Positions 1-11,413 of a stretch of 64,000 nucleotides of DNA are shown piece by piece. Position 1 is the first letter of the stretch, and each line of letters opens with the position of its first letter. The DNA lies in the NCBI GenBank assembly GCA_964016885.1, contig OZ024740.1, forward strand, positions 57,040,001-57,104,000, given 5' to 3'. The notes under the pieces were generated by a model. The model saw only the letters and a program-made list of their open reading frames with translations. It had not been told where the DNA came from and did no database searches. The position numbers and the translations under genes are program-made. Source of the DNA: Eledone cirrhosa (lineage: Eukaryota).

Positions 1-6
1 TTTCTC

Positions 7-282
7 TGTGTGTGGGTGTATGTATGTGTGTGTGTGTGTGTGTGAGTATGTGTGTGCATGTGGATGTATGTATTGTGTGTGCGTGTGTGTGTGTGTGTGT
101 GTATGTATGTGGGTATCTGGATGTATGCGTATGTGTATATATATATATATATGCATGTGTGTGTGTGTGTGTGTGTATATATATGTGTGTGTATGTGTGT
201 ATATATATGTGTGTGTGTGTGTGTGTATGTTTGTATGTGTGTATGTATATATATATATGTGTGTGTGTATGTATGTGTGGGG

Positions 283-380
<98 letters not shown>

Positions 381-411
381 GTGTATCTGGATGTATGTGT
401 ATGTATATATA

Positions 412-470
<59 letters not shown>

Positions 471-531
471 ATGTGTATATATGTGTGTGTGTGTGTGTAT
501 GTATATGTATGTGTGTGTGTATGTATGTGTG

Positions 532-570
<39 letters not shown>

Positions 571-590
571 GTATGTGTATGTATGTGTGG
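7..590. repeat. compound (TG)n/(TA)n/(TATG)n microsatellite
   Basis: Seen directly; explains the low-complexity ORFs at 8-673. Confidence 0.97.
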
Positions 591-843
591 ATGAAGGTAT
601 GTGTGTGTATATTGCTTCCACCCCCTCACTGACCAGCAGCTGGCTATTGCTAAATCTGACCTTTATAAAATAACCCACACCCCAAATAACTTCTCATTCA
701 CTACCAGAAAGGGACACAGCAGTCAACCTGTTGTTGCTACCTAGATGAAAACTGCTATGAAATCCCACAATGAATTTTATACTTGAATTTTCAAGTCTCA
801 AATTTTAACTCTTCGTATTATTAATTTTTCTTAATATTAATCA

Positions 844-889
844 ACATTTGAAAAGATGGCTTTTGCAGACCCATCGAAACCGGTCATTT
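844..889 (+). ncRNA. minimal hammerhead ribozyme motif, U3-A8 core variant
   Basis: TTGAAAA (848-854), stem II GATGG/CCATC, GAAA (876-879), palindromic stem III ACCGGT, GTC triplet; stem I weak. Confidence 0.55.
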
Positions 890-988
890 TTTATACCCTT
901 TATTATTTCCTTACCTTATAAAATTATGTTTTTTCACAAAAAAGTATTCTGTCTCTTATATATTCCATGTGCCATTACCAACCTCAAT

Positions 989-1070
<82 letters not shown>

Positions 1071-1073
<3 letters not shown>

Positions 1074-1713
1074 TGTCTATAGTCTGCCTTTCATAGGTTA
1101 TAGATTCCATACACGGGTGGTTTTTTCCCTGTATTATTGATAACACACTATATATCTCTCTCTGGTGTGTTACCTTCTCAACATATTGTATTTTAAAGAG
1201 CTCGGGATCTCTTCTCCTTTAAGCACATTATTTACAGGGAATAGCGAGGGCCTATGCCTCCGTTAATTGATCGTGATATTTCGCTCCTAATAACAGTCTT
1301 TCCTATCTCTGTTTGGTTGAGCACACTTCTCTGAGTGGCTTTGGGCTGCCCTTTCTAGCAGTGCGCCCCTCAGAGGCCACTGGTTCACTGCCCTTAAACA
1401 CGCTGTGACTTCTCTCTCCCACGTGTAGCTGGACAGTCAATTTTAAAATTCTCTTAGTGTTGTCTGAAATGTATGGCCTTACACACACTGATGAACCGAG
1501 ACTAGACCATTTCTTTCTACAAATTTTTGGTGAAACATATCTTTGGATTTGTACGTGTGTTATATAGTTATAGAGGTTTTTGTTTACGCTTTAATTTATA
1601 TTTTTAATCGTGTCTATAGTCTGCCTTTCATAGGTTATAGATTCGATACACTGGTGGTTTTTCCCTGTATAGCACACTATATATCTCTCTCTGGTGTGTT
1701 ACCTTCTCAACAT

Positions 1714-1720
<7 letters not shown>
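1071..1720 (+). mobile_element. non-coding HHR-containing element with terminal direct repeat (retrozyme or PLE pLTR-like), flanked by (TA)n
   Basis: 1071-1191 recurs at 1608-1720 (period 537); HHR inside; (TA)n on both sides. Confidence 0.65.
1481..1560 (+). ncRNA. type I hammerhead ribozyme
   Basis: ACACACA-CTGATGA (1488-1494), stem II ACCGAGA/TTTTGGT, GAAA (1532-1535), stem III CATATC/GATTTG, GTA, then CGTGTGT (first stem I pair mismatched). Confidence 0.7.
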
Positions 1721-1786
<66 letters not shown>

Positions 1787-1789
<3 letters not shown>

Positions 1790-3626
1790 TGTATGTATAG
1801 TATATTTGGCAAGTTACTGTATGTTTAATTAAAAACATTTTGAAGTCTATACGCTATCGGTTTTAAAGTAGTGACTACGTCACTCACTTCTTTTCGGCGA
1901 AAGAAGGGAGAGAGGCTAATAGTCTGTTTCACGCTGTTTTGTGATCATCAGAGCCACGTGCTCCATGCTTCCGCCGAAAATTATAGAAGCTGGATTCTTA
2001 TGGAATTCCAGTAATAATCAGGAGCTGATTATACAGAGCGATTGCTGGTCCAGCCAAAATTAGGAGGACATAGACAACGTGGGTAGATGTGCAGGTGAAA
2101 GAGTGGCGGATACGGAAAGACCCGTTAGGGCCTGTAAGAGTCGTGAGGGTGGAAATGAAGGGACAAGTGTTGCAACGGGAACGGGAACAAGGATGAGAGC
2201 CGGGTGGAGTCGTGGGAGAGGACGAGAAAGAACTGCGAATCAGGAGGTCGCGGAGGTTGTGGGCGCGCTTAAAACCAGTAAAGGGTGGGTTTGGAAAAAA
2301 GCGAGAAGTGACGGGGTCAGAAAAGAGGATACGGAAGGAACGGAGGATATGTCACTGGAGTGCTAGGGTGATGGGGTGGTAGTTGAGAGGGGAAGGAACG
2401 CGGGTGTTGGAAGGGCGGAGGTGCGGTCTGTTTCACGGGCTCAGGTGAGAGCACCTTCGATCAGCAGGAAGCCATGCGAAGGGAATGGGTTTCGAAATCG
2501 TCGTCCTGGCTACAAAGCCAACGAAGATGGAGGAATTGGGAACAGGGTATGGAGTCTTTGGTGTGGGTTGGATGGGAGGGGGGCAAGTCGAAGTAAGTTT
2601 GGGAGTCTGTTGGTTTAATGTAGATGGAAGTAGAGAGGGTGTGGTGGGAGTGATTAATAGATAGAGAGATATCTAGAAAAGCGACAGAGAATCGGAGACG
2701 GGGGCGGTGAAATTGAGAGCACGATGGAAAGATAGGGCAAAAGAAAGAAAGCAGTCGAGCTGTTCTCGTGATAGAGAGGTGGCGCCGATACAGTCGTCGA
2801 TATAACGACCGTATAGCTCTGGAGTCGGTCCAGTGCACTAGGAGAAGATCAGGGCTTCGACGTAGCCAACAGACAAGTTGGCATAGTTTGGACCGATCCT
2901 GGTTCCCATCGCTACCCCAGAGACCTGCTGATAGAATTCGCCCGAAAAAGAAAGCCATTGAGGGTGAGAACAAGCTCAGCCAGACGGAGAAGAGTGGTAG
3001 TGCTTGGGTAAGGGGTAGGGCGTAAGTCTAAAATATGTTGGAGAGCGCGGAGACCGTCATGAGGGATGACGGTGTAGAGAGAAGTGATGTCCAGGGCAAA
3101 GAGAAGGCGAGAGAGACCAGGAGGGAAGGAGAAGGAGTTGAAGAGTCTAAGGTCATTATTTGTATCGTGGATGTGGGAGGGGAGATTGCCGACCAACGGA
3201 GCGAGGATTGTGTCTAAATATTCAGAAATGATCTCGGTGGGGCAGTTGCACGCAGAAACGATAGGACGGCTGGGATTATTTTATTTGTGTATTTTGGGGA
3301 GGAAGTAGATGGTCGGTGTGCGAGGGGTACGTACAATAAGGTTGGTGGCTGTGGGAGGTAGGAGAGAGGAGGAAATGAGCTCGTGGATGGTGGAGGACAC
3401 GAGTTGTTGGTAGCCAGGTGTGGGGTCGGAGAATAAAGGGCGGTTAAAAAGGGTATTGTGAAGCTGGTGGAGAGCATCAGCCCTATAGAGGTCAGCGCTC
3501 CAAACCACCACAGCGCCACCTTTGTCAGCGGGTTTGATAACAATGTCATCGGCTAAGGTTGCGAAGAGCGAAGAGCTCTGTCCGCGTGATGTTAGAGCGA
3601 CGAGAATGGTGGTGGAAACGGAACCG

Positions 3627-3627
<1 letters not shown>
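1787..3627 (-). mobile_element. degraded Penelope-like element (Neptune-like), RT region plus pLTR
   Basis: Frame-shifted RT pieces: VVWSADLY, PTIYFLPKIHK, FALDITSLYTVIPHD, FLDISLS, IYIKPTDSQTY, SIPCSQFLHLRWLCS; linker CSRSRCNTC; FTCTSTHVVY; (TA)n flanks. Confidence 0.9.
1914..1955 (-). ncRNA. degenerate hammerhead motif in PLE pLTR
   Basis: Minus strand reads GGCT-CTGATGA-TCACAAAACAGCGT-GAAACAGACTATT-AGCC; stem III damaged. Confidence 0.5.
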
Positions 3628-3696
<69 letters not shown>

Positions 3697-3939
3697 ATAT
3701 ATATATATATATTAGTAAAAAGGAAAAGAAAATGGTGACAAATTTTTCCCAGTGAAAATAGTTTAATTAGGAATAAGTATAAATTAGTAATAAGTATTAG
3801 TTAGTATTCAGTTTTAGTTTTAAGTTGTTACCGGTTGCACATTTCTTATGCTTTTCAAAAATAATTTTGAGATAGAGTGCTCGTGATTTTTATATATTTA
3901 TGTATTTATTTATTCATGTGTGTGCGTGTTTATATATAG

Positions 3940-4076
3940 ATTGTTTCTGATAATAAACGATGAGATGGATGTGTGTTTTTAGTCTAACATTATAGAGCTA
4001 TATAACTGCTATCAATCAGTCAGTTTATCGATACTAACCTGGTTCATTTCACCCTTTGAAACGATAGTAAAACAAT
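3940..4076 (+). ncRNA. degenerate hammerhead motif with long stem II insert
   Basis: Stem I ATTGTTT/AAACAAT; CTGATAA (G8>A) ... GAAACGATAGTA. Confidence 0.45.
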
Positions 4077-4300
4077 GGATTAATTAAGCACTGAACCTCA
4101 TCTTTTTTTGTGCAACATAATATATAATTCTGTATCTATCTGCAACGAGTCAATGGACTCTTTTATATTTTCCAGATAGGTTGAGAATTCCTTCTCCTAC
4201 TTTCACTCTTAACAAATATTGTGTCCAGCCATTTCACCACAGATTGCCAGACAGAACTCTGATGGCAATCTGTGCAACAGTTGTTTACATGAAGCTATGG

Positions 4301-4307
4301 ATATATA

Positions 4308-4348
<41 letters not shown>

Positions 4349-4417
4349 CTCTCTCTCTCTCTTTCTTTCTCTTTCTCGTTCTCTCTCTCTCTTTCTTTCT
4401 CTTTCCCTCTCTCCTTT

Positions 4418-4456
<39 letters not shown>

Positions 4457-4509
4457 TTTTTTTTTCTTTCTCTTTCCCTCTCTCCTTTTCTCTCTCTTTC
4501 TCTCTCTCT

Positions 4510-4541
<32 letters not shown>

Positions 4542-4823
4542 TTCTCTCTCTCTCTGCTTTTCTCTCTCTTTCTTTCATTCTCTTTTTGTTTCTCTTTCTC
4601 TCTCTCTTTTCCTTTCTCTTTCCCTCTCTCCTTTTCTCTCTCCTTTTCTCACACACACTCTCTCCTTTTCTCGCTCTTTCTTTCACTCTCTTTTTCTTTC
4701 TCTTTCCCTCTCTCCTTTTCTCTCTCTTCTTCTTTCTCTTTCCCTCTCCCCTTTTCTCTCTCTTTCTTTCACACACTCTCTCTCTTCCTTTTTCTTTCTC
4801 CTTCTCTCTCTCTCTTTCTCCCC

Positions 4824-4854
<31 letters not shown>

Positions 4855-4935
4855 CATATATACCATATATACACACACACACACACACACAGACACGCCC
4901 ACACGCCCACACACACACATATATATATATATCCC
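4301..4935. repeat. (CT)n-rich polypyrimidine tract with (TA)n/(CA)n
   Basis: Seen directly. Confidence 0.95.
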
Positions 4936-5135
4936 TCTCAAACACAGACACAGTTGCTGACATAGACATAGTACATTATTAGCACACAGTAAATAAAATC
5001 TGTATAGCGATTTAAACAATACTGTTAATTCAGATGCACCATTAACATTACATCTTTTTAGACCTTATGCGGAATTGTTGTTTTGTTTTTTTGCTTTTTT
5101 GCTTCTTTACTTTTTTGCCTTTTTGTATGCGTACA

Positions 5136-5136
5136 T

Positions 5137-5200
<64 letters not shown>

Positions 5201-5216
5201 GTGTGTGTGTGTGTGT

Positions 5217-5260
<44 letters not shown>
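5136..5260. repeat. (CA)n(TA)n(TG)n compound microsatellite
   Basis: Seen directly. Confidence 0.95.
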
Positions 5261-5263
<3 letters not shown>

Positions 5264-5512
5264 AGTGAAATTACTTCTATAGGATTAAAACTGTTTCATT
5301 CGTATGGAGGTATGGAGACTTGATATGAATGCCCGGCACAGAGTGAATTCTGATAAAAGCAAAACACCAAATGCCCTGGGGCCCAAGATAAGTCTGCTAC
5401 CCAAGGGTATGATTCATCCTTTTGATGTGGCTGACTATTTGAAGATGAATTTGAAAATTTGGTTAGTAAGCAATGGTCAAACTAGATGCTCTCCCATATA
5501 TATATATATATA

Positions 5513-6635
5513 CCAGCTAAAGTACCCGTCCTTTGGACGGTTCAAGTAGCTTTAGATGTAGCTCATTAAACTAAACAAAGTAAATTTGAATACATAGAAG
5601 AAAAACGTACTTTATGTAAACATGAAAACCTAAGGCACTATTCCAGCGAAATAATTAATATATGAGCTCGGTGTCATCCGTTATCCCATGTAACAACAGA
5701 AATCCAGTCTAGGTATAAATTGTTTTAACAACAGTAAAAGCGCATCATGAAATAGAGAAGTGAAGTGAATAATAGACACTATTGTGTACATAGGTTGGAA
5801 TAACAATACAGATTGGACATAACAGGGGGGAACTGATGGATGAGTAATTCGTTATAAAAAGAGGTGCATGTTGGGCGGGAGGGCTCATTGTCTTTTGGAT
5901 TATTGAAGAGCAGATTTATACACAACATTTTTGGTTTTCCCGTCAGGAGCATAAATAAATAGGTCGTCAGGATTACCAACTCGAGAACAGCCAACGTAAA
6001 ACTGTCCATGTAAAAAGCAATGGGTTCGAAGATCCCGACCAACAACTTTAAGAGATTGGCCTTGAGATGTATTTATGGTCATTGCAAAACTAAGCTTGAG
6101 TGGGAATTGTAACCTTTTCATGGGAAATGGACAATCAGAAGGGGTAAAAGGAATAAAAACAGATTAATTTCGCCCGGGTCCTGTGATTATTTCTGCCTCA
6201 ATTACAAGGTTCATCAGTTGCTTTACCGCCAGTCTTGTTCCATTACAAAGAAAGGGTGGGGGGATTAAATTACGTAACAGGATAACAGGAGCTCCAACTT
6301 TTAGATACAACTCGTGAGGAGGTAGTCCTGGAGGATCCTGAGAGTTAAGAAACTCTGTTGGGAAGTTGGTCACTTGATCAAAGTCTGTAACATTGTCAAC
6401 TGACTTGTAACAAGGTTGATTAGAGGGCAACTGACCAACTATTTCGTGATTGATCAGCTTAACAGCAGCATTTGTGAGTGCAAGAATAGCCTTCTCACAA
6501 AGCCAATCAGGATTCATGAATTCAGTTGAAAGATTTGGATAAACTGAAGAACATAAGTCATCCGGCGTTGAGATTGAGCGGCCAATGGTAGAAGTGTCAA
6601 TTAAAAACATTTAGAAGATCATTCGCTATGAGTTT
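5513..6635 (-). mobile_element. Helitron 3' fragment (PIF1-like helicase C-terminus plus 3' terminus)
   Basis: PPGLPPHELYLKVGAPVILLRNL..LCNGTRL and KRLQFPLKLSFAMTINTSQGQSL..HGQFYVGCSRV..KTKNVVY; subterminal hairpin CCGTCC-AAA-GGACGG (5526-5540) followed by CTGG|T (CTRR end). Confidence 0.88.
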
Positions 6636-6764
6636 TAAAGTACATACATACATACATACATACATGATGATGATGGCTGCCCCCTCGTTATCGAGTATGG
6701 CCATTGCACGAGGAGAAAAAAAAAATTAATGAATAAATAAAAAATAAAATAAAAATAAAAAAAG

Positions 6765-6843
<79 letters not shown>

Positions 6844-7009
6844 CATATACATACACACATACATACACATACACATACACACACATACATTAATAACAAT
6901 AATAATAATAATAATAATAACAACAATAATAATATACATATACATATATATATACACACACACGCACACACATAAGCATATCTATATACACACACACACA
7001 CGATAGCAA

Positions 7010-8587
7010 CTAACAGCGCTGCGATCGAATGTGGCTTTTTAGCCCAGCCAATGATCTAAAATGTCTTGCACAGAGTCGGCAACCAAAACATTCACTGGGA
7101 ATAGTCGGCTGTGGTTGGAGTTCGTGTACTTTTGCATGTCGCTTGAGCCCTCCTGCTGATTTACATTCTCTACTACATGTTTGGCAAGCATGATGAGTAG
7201 CATCTCTAACAGCAGCCTGGTAGTCAACCACTGGTCTTACTTTATGACTGCGAAGATGACTTTCGAGTCCAGCTTTGCTTAGGCAGAGTCTCGCACAGAC
7301 GCTGCATGTCAGCACCATAGGAGGACCCTCGCCGTCTGGAAGTGCAACAGCAATGCCCTTCCTCACATCCCGCTTTACTTTCTCGTATGCGATTCGAGAT
7401 GCCTCAAAGGCAACTTTTCCCTCATATACAGTCTTTCTCCATTTATTACGATCAGCAGCAATATTTTCCCATGTATCAACAGAGATGTTAGCGTCTTTCA
7501 GAGAGGCTTTCAAGGAATCCTTATACCTCTTTTTTGGTTTATGTGGCGGTCGCTTTCCTTTAACCAACTCTCCATAAAAGAGTTGTTTTGGTATTCTAGA
7601 ATCCTTCATCCTGGCAAGGTGACCACTCCAACGGAGTCGTTGCTTAAGCACAAGAGTTTCTATACTGTCACACATAGAGCTTTCCAAAATCTCGACATCA
7701 CTGATGTGGTCCCTCCAGTGAACGCCATGGATCCGTCTGAGACACATCTGATGGAAACGCTCCAATTGCTTAAGGTGGTGTCGATATGTGACCCAGGTCT
7801 CGCAGGCATAAAGAAGACAAGAGAGCACACATGCCCTGTACACCTTTACCTTTGTCCTCCTGCATATGTCTCGCCGACCCCAGAGTCGCCTTTCTAGCTT
7901 TCCGAAAGCATCACTTGCTTTCCTAATCCTAAGTGAGAGTTCACTATCAAGGTTGCTGTATCGATTGACAGTGCTTCCCAGGTAGACAAACTGATCAACC
8001 ACTCCAAGTCGTTTGCCATACACATAGATGTTTGGTTCAGTGTACTGTTTACCAGGGGCAGGTTGGTACATGACGACGGTTTTCTTGAGACTGACAGTCA
8101 ATCCTAGGGCAGTGCAAGCGTCAGAAAATGCATTCAAAATGTGCTGTATATCACTCTCTGTGTGCGCTACAAGATCGCAATCATCTGCATACAAGAGGTC
8201 TCTTATGATTGATGTAAATACTTTTGTCTTCGCAGCAAAGCGCCTGATGTTAAATATGCTGCCTGAGGTTCGATATCGGATGTAAACACCATGCTCGCAA
8301 TTCCTGAATGCAATACAGAAAACCATTGCAAAGTATAGTGCAAACAGGGTCGGTGCTGGAATATCCCCCTGTTTCACTCCATTTTTTACTGAGATAGGCT
8401 CCGACATGTTACCTCCGACATTAACCCAAGCCTTCATGTCGTCATGGAAAGACGTAACTAAAGCAAGGAACTTATCAGGGCAACCAAGTTTCTGGAGAAC
8501 CTTCCATAATGCATCTCTGTTAACAGTATCGAAAGCTCTTGTCAGATCGACAAAACCTGATACAGATCCAAACCTTGTTCCATGCAC
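7010..8587 (-). pseudogene. RTE RT C-terminal part with three C2H2-type zinc fingers
   Basis: YADD motif; CSVC..HLRSH, CQTC..HAKVH, CRLC..HIRSQRC. Confidence 0.88.
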
Positions 8588-9368
8588 TTCTCCTGGAGCT
8601 GTCTAGCTGAGAAGATCAGATCAGTAGTGCCGCGTCCAGCACAAAAACCAGATTGACTTTCAGGAAGAACACAATCTGCAATGTGTGTCAGCAGACGGTC
8701 CAGAAGCACCCTACATAAAACTTTCCCTACGACAGAAAGCAATGATATACCTCTGTAGTTTCCACAATCATTCCTGTTAGCCTTTCCCTTGTACAATACC
8801 ACCATTACTGCATCTTTCCAGTCCTCAGGTACGGATTCATTAGCCCATATCCTGCCAAACAAAGAGTGAAGATGTTGCAGGAGTCTCTCACCACCATATT
8901 GTAGGAGCTCAGCATGTATGCCATCCATACCTGGAGATCTTTCACTGTTCAGCTTCGAAATAGCCACTGCAACCTCCACAAGCGTCGGAGGTTCTGCGAG
9001 AGCTACTTTCACAGGACTTTCTGGAATGAGATTGAGGAAATCTTCACTGACAACAGACGGCTGATTCAAAAGATCATCAAAGTGCTCTCGCCACCTTCGT
9101 AGAATTCCTTGTGAGTCACGAAGAAGTTCTTTGCCATCCTTGCTGCGAAGCGGTGTCACCAGAGAAGAAGACGGTCCATAAACCTCACGCAAGAGACTGT
9201 ACAACAGCTTTGTGTTATTGGAATCTGACGCAGCTTGTATCTCACCAGCCTTCTCACTCCACCACTGATCCTTCATCGGAGAAAGACTCCGCCTAACACG
9301 TGATTTTACATCCCCGAGTTCCTCATGCAACGTATTCCTCTCCTGTGGTTTTGCCGTCAAGTAGCGTG
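8542..9368 (-). pseudogene. RTE ORF, linker and RT N-terminal part
   Basis: RWREHFDDLLN, VPEDWKDA, LPESQSGF..RGTTDLIFSARQLQEKC. Confidence 0.88.
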
Positions 9369-9423
9369 ACATACATACATACATACATACATACATACAT
9401 ACATACATACATACATACATACA

Positions 9424-9454
<31 letters not shown>

Positions 9455-9531
9455 CAAATGAAAAACCAGAGTTAAATACTAACGTTAATACCCTGTAATT
9501 AGTGAGCGCAAAGTATAAGAACTGGACTCTT

Positions 9532-9837
9532 TACAATATAATATATAGAAATGAACCCACAAATAAATGTGTCTTCTATTACATGGGGTGAAAATTACTA
9601 TGGTGCAGTGCATATAATCTACGAAAAAAAAAACAAGCAAAGAAAACGAAAAATACATAATAACCGGAAAAAGTTAATTAAAATTCACTTTTTCTGGTTA
9701 TTATGTATTTTCCATTTCTTTTTTTGTTTTTTTTTTGTTATTTTTTTCGTAGATTATATGCACTGCACCATAGTGATTTTCACCCCATGTAATAGAAGAC
9801 ACATTTTTGTGGGTTCATTTCTATATATTATATTGTA
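9532..9837. mobile_element. ~306-bp near-perfect palindrome (fold-back, MITE-like)
   Basis: TACAATATAATATATAGAAATGAACCCACA... is mirrored by ...TGTGGGTTCATTTCTATATATTATATTGTA, and the arms pair almost to the centre. Confidence 0.8.
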
Positions 9838-9844
9838 TTATAAT

Positions 9845-10029
9845 TGTTTCTACTTTAGGCACAAGGCCAGCAATTACCCAGTGCATTACTGGTACTTTAT
9901 TTTATCGACCCCGTAAGGATGAAAGGTAAAGTCAACCCCGGCGGTATTTGAACTCAGATCGTAAAGCGATGTAACTATGCTGGAAAGCATGGCGTCCGAC
10001 TCTCTACCGATACTGCCAATCCACCGCCC
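9845..10029 (-). mobile_element. tRNA-derived SINE (family A) with 18-bp TSD
   Basis: A-box TGGCAGTATCGG, B-box GAGTTCAAATAC, core CCTTTCATCCTTACGGGGTCGATAAAAT; TSD ATTATATTGTATTATAAT at 9827-9844 and 10030-10047. Confidence 0.88.
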
Positions 10030-10048
10030 ATTATATTGTATTATAATG

Positions 10049-10165
10049 AATTGGCAGTATTAGTAGAGCGTCCGTCAGACATCATGCTTTACAATATAGA
10101 GTTATGGCCCTTTGCGTTCTGAGTTCAAATCCCACCGAGGTTAACTTTGCCTTTCATGCTTACGG
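10049..10165 (+). mobile_element. 3'-truncated SINE (family A)
   Basis: TTGGCAGTATTAGTAGAGCG...GAGTTCAAATCCC...AACTTTGCCTTTCATG. Confidence 0.75.
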
Positions 10166-10329
10166 AGAGAGAGAGTGAGAGAGAGAGAGAGAAAGAAAGT
10201 AAGAAAATAAGAAGAAAAAAAAAAGAAAAAAGACAATAAAGAAAATATACATCAGTTTCAGAAAATTATATTAGTTGTTTTTGTTGCTGTTACAATTGTT
10301 GCTTTGTAGCGATGAATGTTCTAATGTCT

Positions 10330-10465
10330 CGATCAATGGATCAGCCTGCTTATGAAACTAATGTGCAAGGGCTATATTAAATGACGCTTGCCCAAGATGG
10401 TGCGCGGTGGAATTCAATCCAGGACTTTACAATTGCGAAGGTAATTTCTTAACCATTTGGCCGTG
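10330..10465 (-). mobile_element. degraded tRNA-derived SINE (family B)
   Basis: Minus strand TGGTTAAGAAATT..GGATTGAATTCC..TTGGGCAAGCGTC resembles the copies at 23148 and 29118. Confidence 0.5.
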
Positions 10466-10927
10466 GTATGTGACCATATTCTACATTTACCTTTGATGGT
10501 GTGGATCTCATTGTTCCAGTAATGACCATCCCGTCGTTTTTCTTCAATACTCTCTAGTTGAATTATTGTACTCTATATAAGCCGAAGAGGCAAACTGTCG
10601 AAGTATCGGCCGCTCTCTGATAGGTTCGTGGTTGAGTTTGTACGCAGTGATGACTTCCGAGATTCTTGTCCACCACCCTCTACCCCTATACCAAACGACA
10701 TTCGTGCTCACTGCTATCCGAGTTGAGTTGGCTGCCTGCAGATACAAGCCCCATCCTCTGGGACAATGCCTTCTCCGTCCTGTCGGCCGGGACCACAAGG
10801 TGGATGATATATTAGGGCATTTTTCATTCGGTGTTTCTTGGAGTAGTTAATATTTTATTTATTAGCTAGGATGAAGTCACTCGCTAATATCCTCTCAGTT
10901 TAACCGACAGATGCACTGTCATACCCA

Positions 10928-10994
<67 letters not shown>

Positions 10995-11413
10995 GTACTA
11001 CTAATACAGTAGTCTATGCACCTCAGAGTTGACTGTCCATATGCCACCTCCACCCAGACACTCTCGATAACTCGACTTTCTACATAGATTCCAAGTAGAT
11101 TATAAGAAACCATATAATGAGACACGACTTCAACAACTGCCGCAGGGTGGAACTACTAAATATATTTTCATTGCTTTTCGTTACATTCTTTCGATGGAGG
11201 TTGACAAAGACTTCATAGATTCTTGATAATGATACATTTCGAAATCTATTTTACAAATCTGACAAGTAATTCTTCAAGTATTTCTTCTGTTTTTTTTTCT
11301 TTTGAAGTCACTCCGATCAAGACGTCAAGTAATCAACAATATAATAGGCCTCACGTAACCAACGGTATAGCAGAAATGAAACAGGCCCCAATTAACCAAC
11401 AATACAGTGAGCC

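Larger units (their letters stand above)
6662..9368 (-). mobile_element. 5'-truncated RTE-clade non-LTR retrotransposon
   Basis: SPGMDGIHAELL, NYRGISLLSVVGK, DLTRAFDTVNR, GVKQGD, LLYADDCDL, QLFYGEL; one frameshift near 8550-8570; microsatellite-rich 3' UTR ending in (ATC)n; (ACAT)n on both sides. Confidence 0.93.

Noticed and set aside
8-673. Long VC/YI/HT/ER/LS ORFs here and at 4181-5323, 35225-35957, 38730-39211 and 41454-42584
   Set aside because: These are translations of dinucleotide microsatellites.
9960-10029. SINE heads as tRNA genes
   Set aside because: A/B boxes are present, but there is no cloverleaf, and they are followed by the SINE core, tail and TSDs.
11030-11130. ESVWVEV peptide suggesting a CR1 endonuclease fragment
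   Set aside because: Too short to support.
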